Part shown: piece after piece, positions 61,629 to 64,000 of the stretch | Position numbering within the stretch: the stretch's first letter is position 1 | Layout of the letters: the number at the start of each line of letters is the position of its first letter | Assembly (NCBI GenBank): GCA_963675495.1 | Contig: OY776215.1 | Span: 1,088,001 to 1,152,000 of the forward strand | Direction of reading: 5' to 3' | Source: an uncultured Methanolobus sp. | GTDB taxonomy: Archaea > Halobacteriota > Methanosarcinia > Methanosarcinales > Methanosarcinaceae | DNA: 64,000 nt | Program-made: the position numbers and the translations under genes | Notes under the pieces: generated by a model | Database searches by the model: none | Seen by the model: the letters and a program-made list of their open reading frames with translations, nothing else | What the model was told of the DNA's origin: nothing

Positions 61629-63107
61629 TCATTCCTGTCCGAAGAAGGACCTTACCATTGGATGCATCTCCATCATCTGTTCGGACGCTATATCCTCATA
61701 CAAACGGTATACAATACTTACGGTAAGCAGAAGACCAGTACCGCCTGCACCTCCAAGAGTACCAAGCAGACTTGCAACAAGCGTAAGAGCACCTATGAAA
61801 GCACCACCTATGATAGTTACTTTAGGGATGTACCTTAGCATTACCTTTTCAATACTTCCAACGTTCCTTCTGAAACCTGGGATCTGCATACCGGAATTAA
61901 ATATCTTTTTTGCTGTTGGTTTTGCGCCCATTCCTGTTGTTTCTATCCAGAACAGAGCAAAGATGATACCACCTACGATCAGGAAGAAAGCATCTACAAA
62001 CACATGCAACCCAATCTGCCAGATAGCAGGCACAGGTGCACCATAGCTTGTAAACGTTTCCCTGACAAGTGAAGGTATCCAGTCATACGGACTGTGGATG
62101 GGAGCCAGATAATACATAAGACCATTTATAGGCTTTGAACCACTGAATTCTCCAAGGAAGGTGATGCCCCTTCCACTCAACAGGAGACCAATCATCTGAA
62201 TATTAGCCTGCAATGCCCTTACAAGGATCATTGGCAGAACTGAAGCATATATGAGTTTAACAGGGAACTTGCCCCTTGCACCCCTCACAGCACTATGTGC
62301 CAGAGGTATCTCAATGCGCGTACTTTCTACATAGACAACAAGCAGGAAGATGAGTATGGTACTTACAAGTGCAAGTATACCACCGCTTACCAGCATGAAC
62401 ATTATACCATCACCTGAGAAGAGGAAATCTGCTTCCACATTCTGCAGTATGTATAACCATTTAGGGAAGAATCCAGTAGGCAATCCACTTGAATCGGATG
62501 TCCAGTTAAACAAACCGGTCACAATCTGCTGGGAAACACCGGCCACAATAAAAAGACCGACACCTGAACCAATGCCCCACTTGGAAACGACCTCATCCAT
62601 AAAGAGTACCAGTGTACCGCCTATGCATATCTGTATGAAGATGATAAATGTAATTACTCCGGCACTTACTCCTAAAGTTGCTGCAAGAGCCTGGTCCGGC
62701 TGAATGTAACCACCAACTATTTGCGGCAAAGCCTCAAGTACTATCATTACAAAGACCATGAACTTCTGTGCGCCCTGGAAGAACGCCTGGTCTGATGGAT
62801 CGGACATGTCGAGCTTAATGACATCAGCACCAACCAATAGCTGAAGGACAATGGATGCGGTGACAATAGGACCGATACCCAGCAGCATCAGAGAACCCGA
62901 AGCTCCGGCAAAAAATGCTCTATAGGATTCGAAAAGATCTATCGAATCCGCTGACAATCCAAATAGCGGTACATTTGCAAGCGCAAAATAGAGAACAAGA
63001 ATTCCAAGCGTCCACATAAGTTTGTTCTTGAAATGAACATGCCCCTCCGGACTTGCAACCGCAGGCAATTTATTAAAAATTGGTTCCAAATTATCCTTAA
63101 GACTCAT
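61629..63107 (-). CDS. secY: Protein translocase subunit SecY
   Basis: LGIGPIVTASI, SKWGIGSGVGLFI, QIPGFR, GTGLLL; start MSLKDN. Confidence 0.99.
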   Translation of the reverse strand: MSLKDNLEPIFNKLPAVASPEGHVHFKNKLMWTLGILVLYFALANVPLFGLSADSIDLFESYRAFFAGASGSLMLLGIGPIVTASIVLQLLVGADVIKLDMSDPSDQAFFQGAQKFMVFVMIVLEALPQIVGGYIQPDQALAATLGVSAGVITFIIFIQICIGGTLVLFMDEVVSKWGIGSGVGLFIVAGVSQQIVTGLFNWTSDSSGLPTGFFPKWLYILQNVEADFLFSGDGIMFMLVSGGILALVSTILIFLLVVYVESTRIEIPLAHSAVRGARGKFPVKLIYASVLPMILVRALQANIQMIGLLLSGRGITFLGEFSGSKPINGLMYYLAPIHSPYDWIPSLVRETFTSYGAPVPAIWQIGLHVFVDAFFLIVGGIIFALFWIETTGMGAKPTAKKIFNSGMQIPGFRRNVGSIEKVMLRYIPKVTIIGGAFIGALTLVASLLGTLGGAGGTGLLLTVSIVYRLYEDIASEQMMEMHPMVRSFFGQE

Positions 63108-63246
63108 TAATTCCACCCTTTGAATGGAAAAATCCATGCAATTATTAGGTTATAAAGTACACCTTAATAGATTTTAACATTAATAAATGTGCACCCTTTA
63201 ATTACACAAAATATAAAATAAAATAAATAGGTAATGCCAAATGGCA

Positions 63247-63687
63247 TTACTCAGCTATTTCAGTGCAAGATCCACCTGCACTTTCGATCTTTTCCTTTGC
63301 ACTTGCAGAGAATTCAGCCGCAGTGATGGAAAACTTCTTTGACACCTTGCCGGTACCAAGTACCTTGTCTATATCAAGAACCGCAAGGTCAATGACATAT
63401 GCGCCATCCTGAAGTTCGGCAAAACCGTCTTCAACAAGCTGATCTGCAAGTTCATCAAGCTCCCCTACATTCACGATAGAAGCATCGTTCAGCATTTTTA
63501 ATGGGCGTGTAAATCCTCTCTGGTGTCCACGGCGATATCCGAGCTGAAGTGCACGAGTAGCATGGTGTTTATTCTCACCACATCTGCCTCTTCCACCACG
63601 GTTACCGGCACCACGTCTGTTCTTGGTGGTTCCGCCACCACAGGTGCGTGATCCTCTGAATTTTTTTGTGTTGGTCTTTTTAGACAT
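63247..63687 (-). CDS. rpl15: 50S ribosomal protein L15
   Basis: [41 protein letters not shown]. Confidence 0.98.
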   Translation of the reverse strand: MSKKTNTKKFRGSRTCGGGTTKNRRGAGNRGGRGRCGENKHHATRALQLGYRRGHQRGFTRPLKMLNDASIVNVGELDELADQLVEDGFAELQDGAYVIDLAVLDIDKVLGTGKVSKKFSITAAEFSASAKEKIESAGGSCTEIAE

Positions 63688-63691
63688 GGAA

Positions 63692-64000
63692 TTACCTCAT
63701 TTTCTTCAGTAATTTGTTTATGTCCTCACCATGGTTACCCAGTACACCGCCCTGCTGAACTGTCCTTTTCATACCAGCATGGCCTTTCCTTGGTGGGTGA
63801 AGCCTGAATACCGGTTTGAGCTTAGGAACATCTTTCAGTGTTGCGTTGTCATCACAGATAGCCTGTGCAAGAGACTTGATTGAATCATAGTCTGTGTTTT
63901 CAGCTACATATTCATCAGTGATCTTTACATCACCCTCAAGTCTGCCACGGTTTGTGATCATCTCTTCAAGAGTAGCGGCATCAATGACACCGTATGCCAC
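63692..64000 (-). CDS. rpl30: 50S ribosomal protein L30 (5' end outside window)
   Basis: [30 protein letters not shown]. Confidence 0.97.
   Translation of the reverse strand: MAYGVIDAATLEEMITNRGRLEGDVKITDEYVAENTDYDSIKSLAQAICDDNATLKDVPKLKPVFRLHPPRKGHAGMKRTVQQGGVLGNHGEDINKLLKKMR

Overview
Archaeal chromosomal DNA, most likely a Methanosarcinaceae methanogen (Methanolobus/Methanococcoides-like). The basis is the archaeal ribosomal/secY/DUF106/cbf5/rpoD block, carS, split ccmF, a PEF-CTERM protein, DUF1724-type wHTH regulators and GGTG-type SD sites. Core genes (uvrA, purB, amt-glnK, thrC, argF-purD, pyrE-carS, ccmF, xseAB, uppS, rpl30 to rpoD) alternate with accessory patches at about 0.3-3.5, 15-19.8 and 40.2-55.1 kb. 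Main signals not shown by the ORF track: (1) a decayed casposon end, comprising a frameshifted C-terminal casposase (Cas1-solo) fragment, an AT-rich cargo gene, a GGGATATA-type end and a 14-bp target-like sequence lying in a degenerate third copy of a 158-bp-periodic tRNA-Leu array; (2) a ~140-bp hxlR/isf divergent promoter duplicated in inverted orientation around nrdJ, each copy retaining only one of its two genes; (3) a ~380-nt hairpin- and repeat-rich locus at 19.05-19.43 kb, which is a candidate sRNA and also contains a 47-aa ORF ending GYCQHYCQWGYCQ; (4) a structured leader before rps13; (5) several genes whose SD spacing points to near-cognate starts (ACG, CTG, ATA). All family assignments are by eye from motifs and recalled sequences; no database searches were run.
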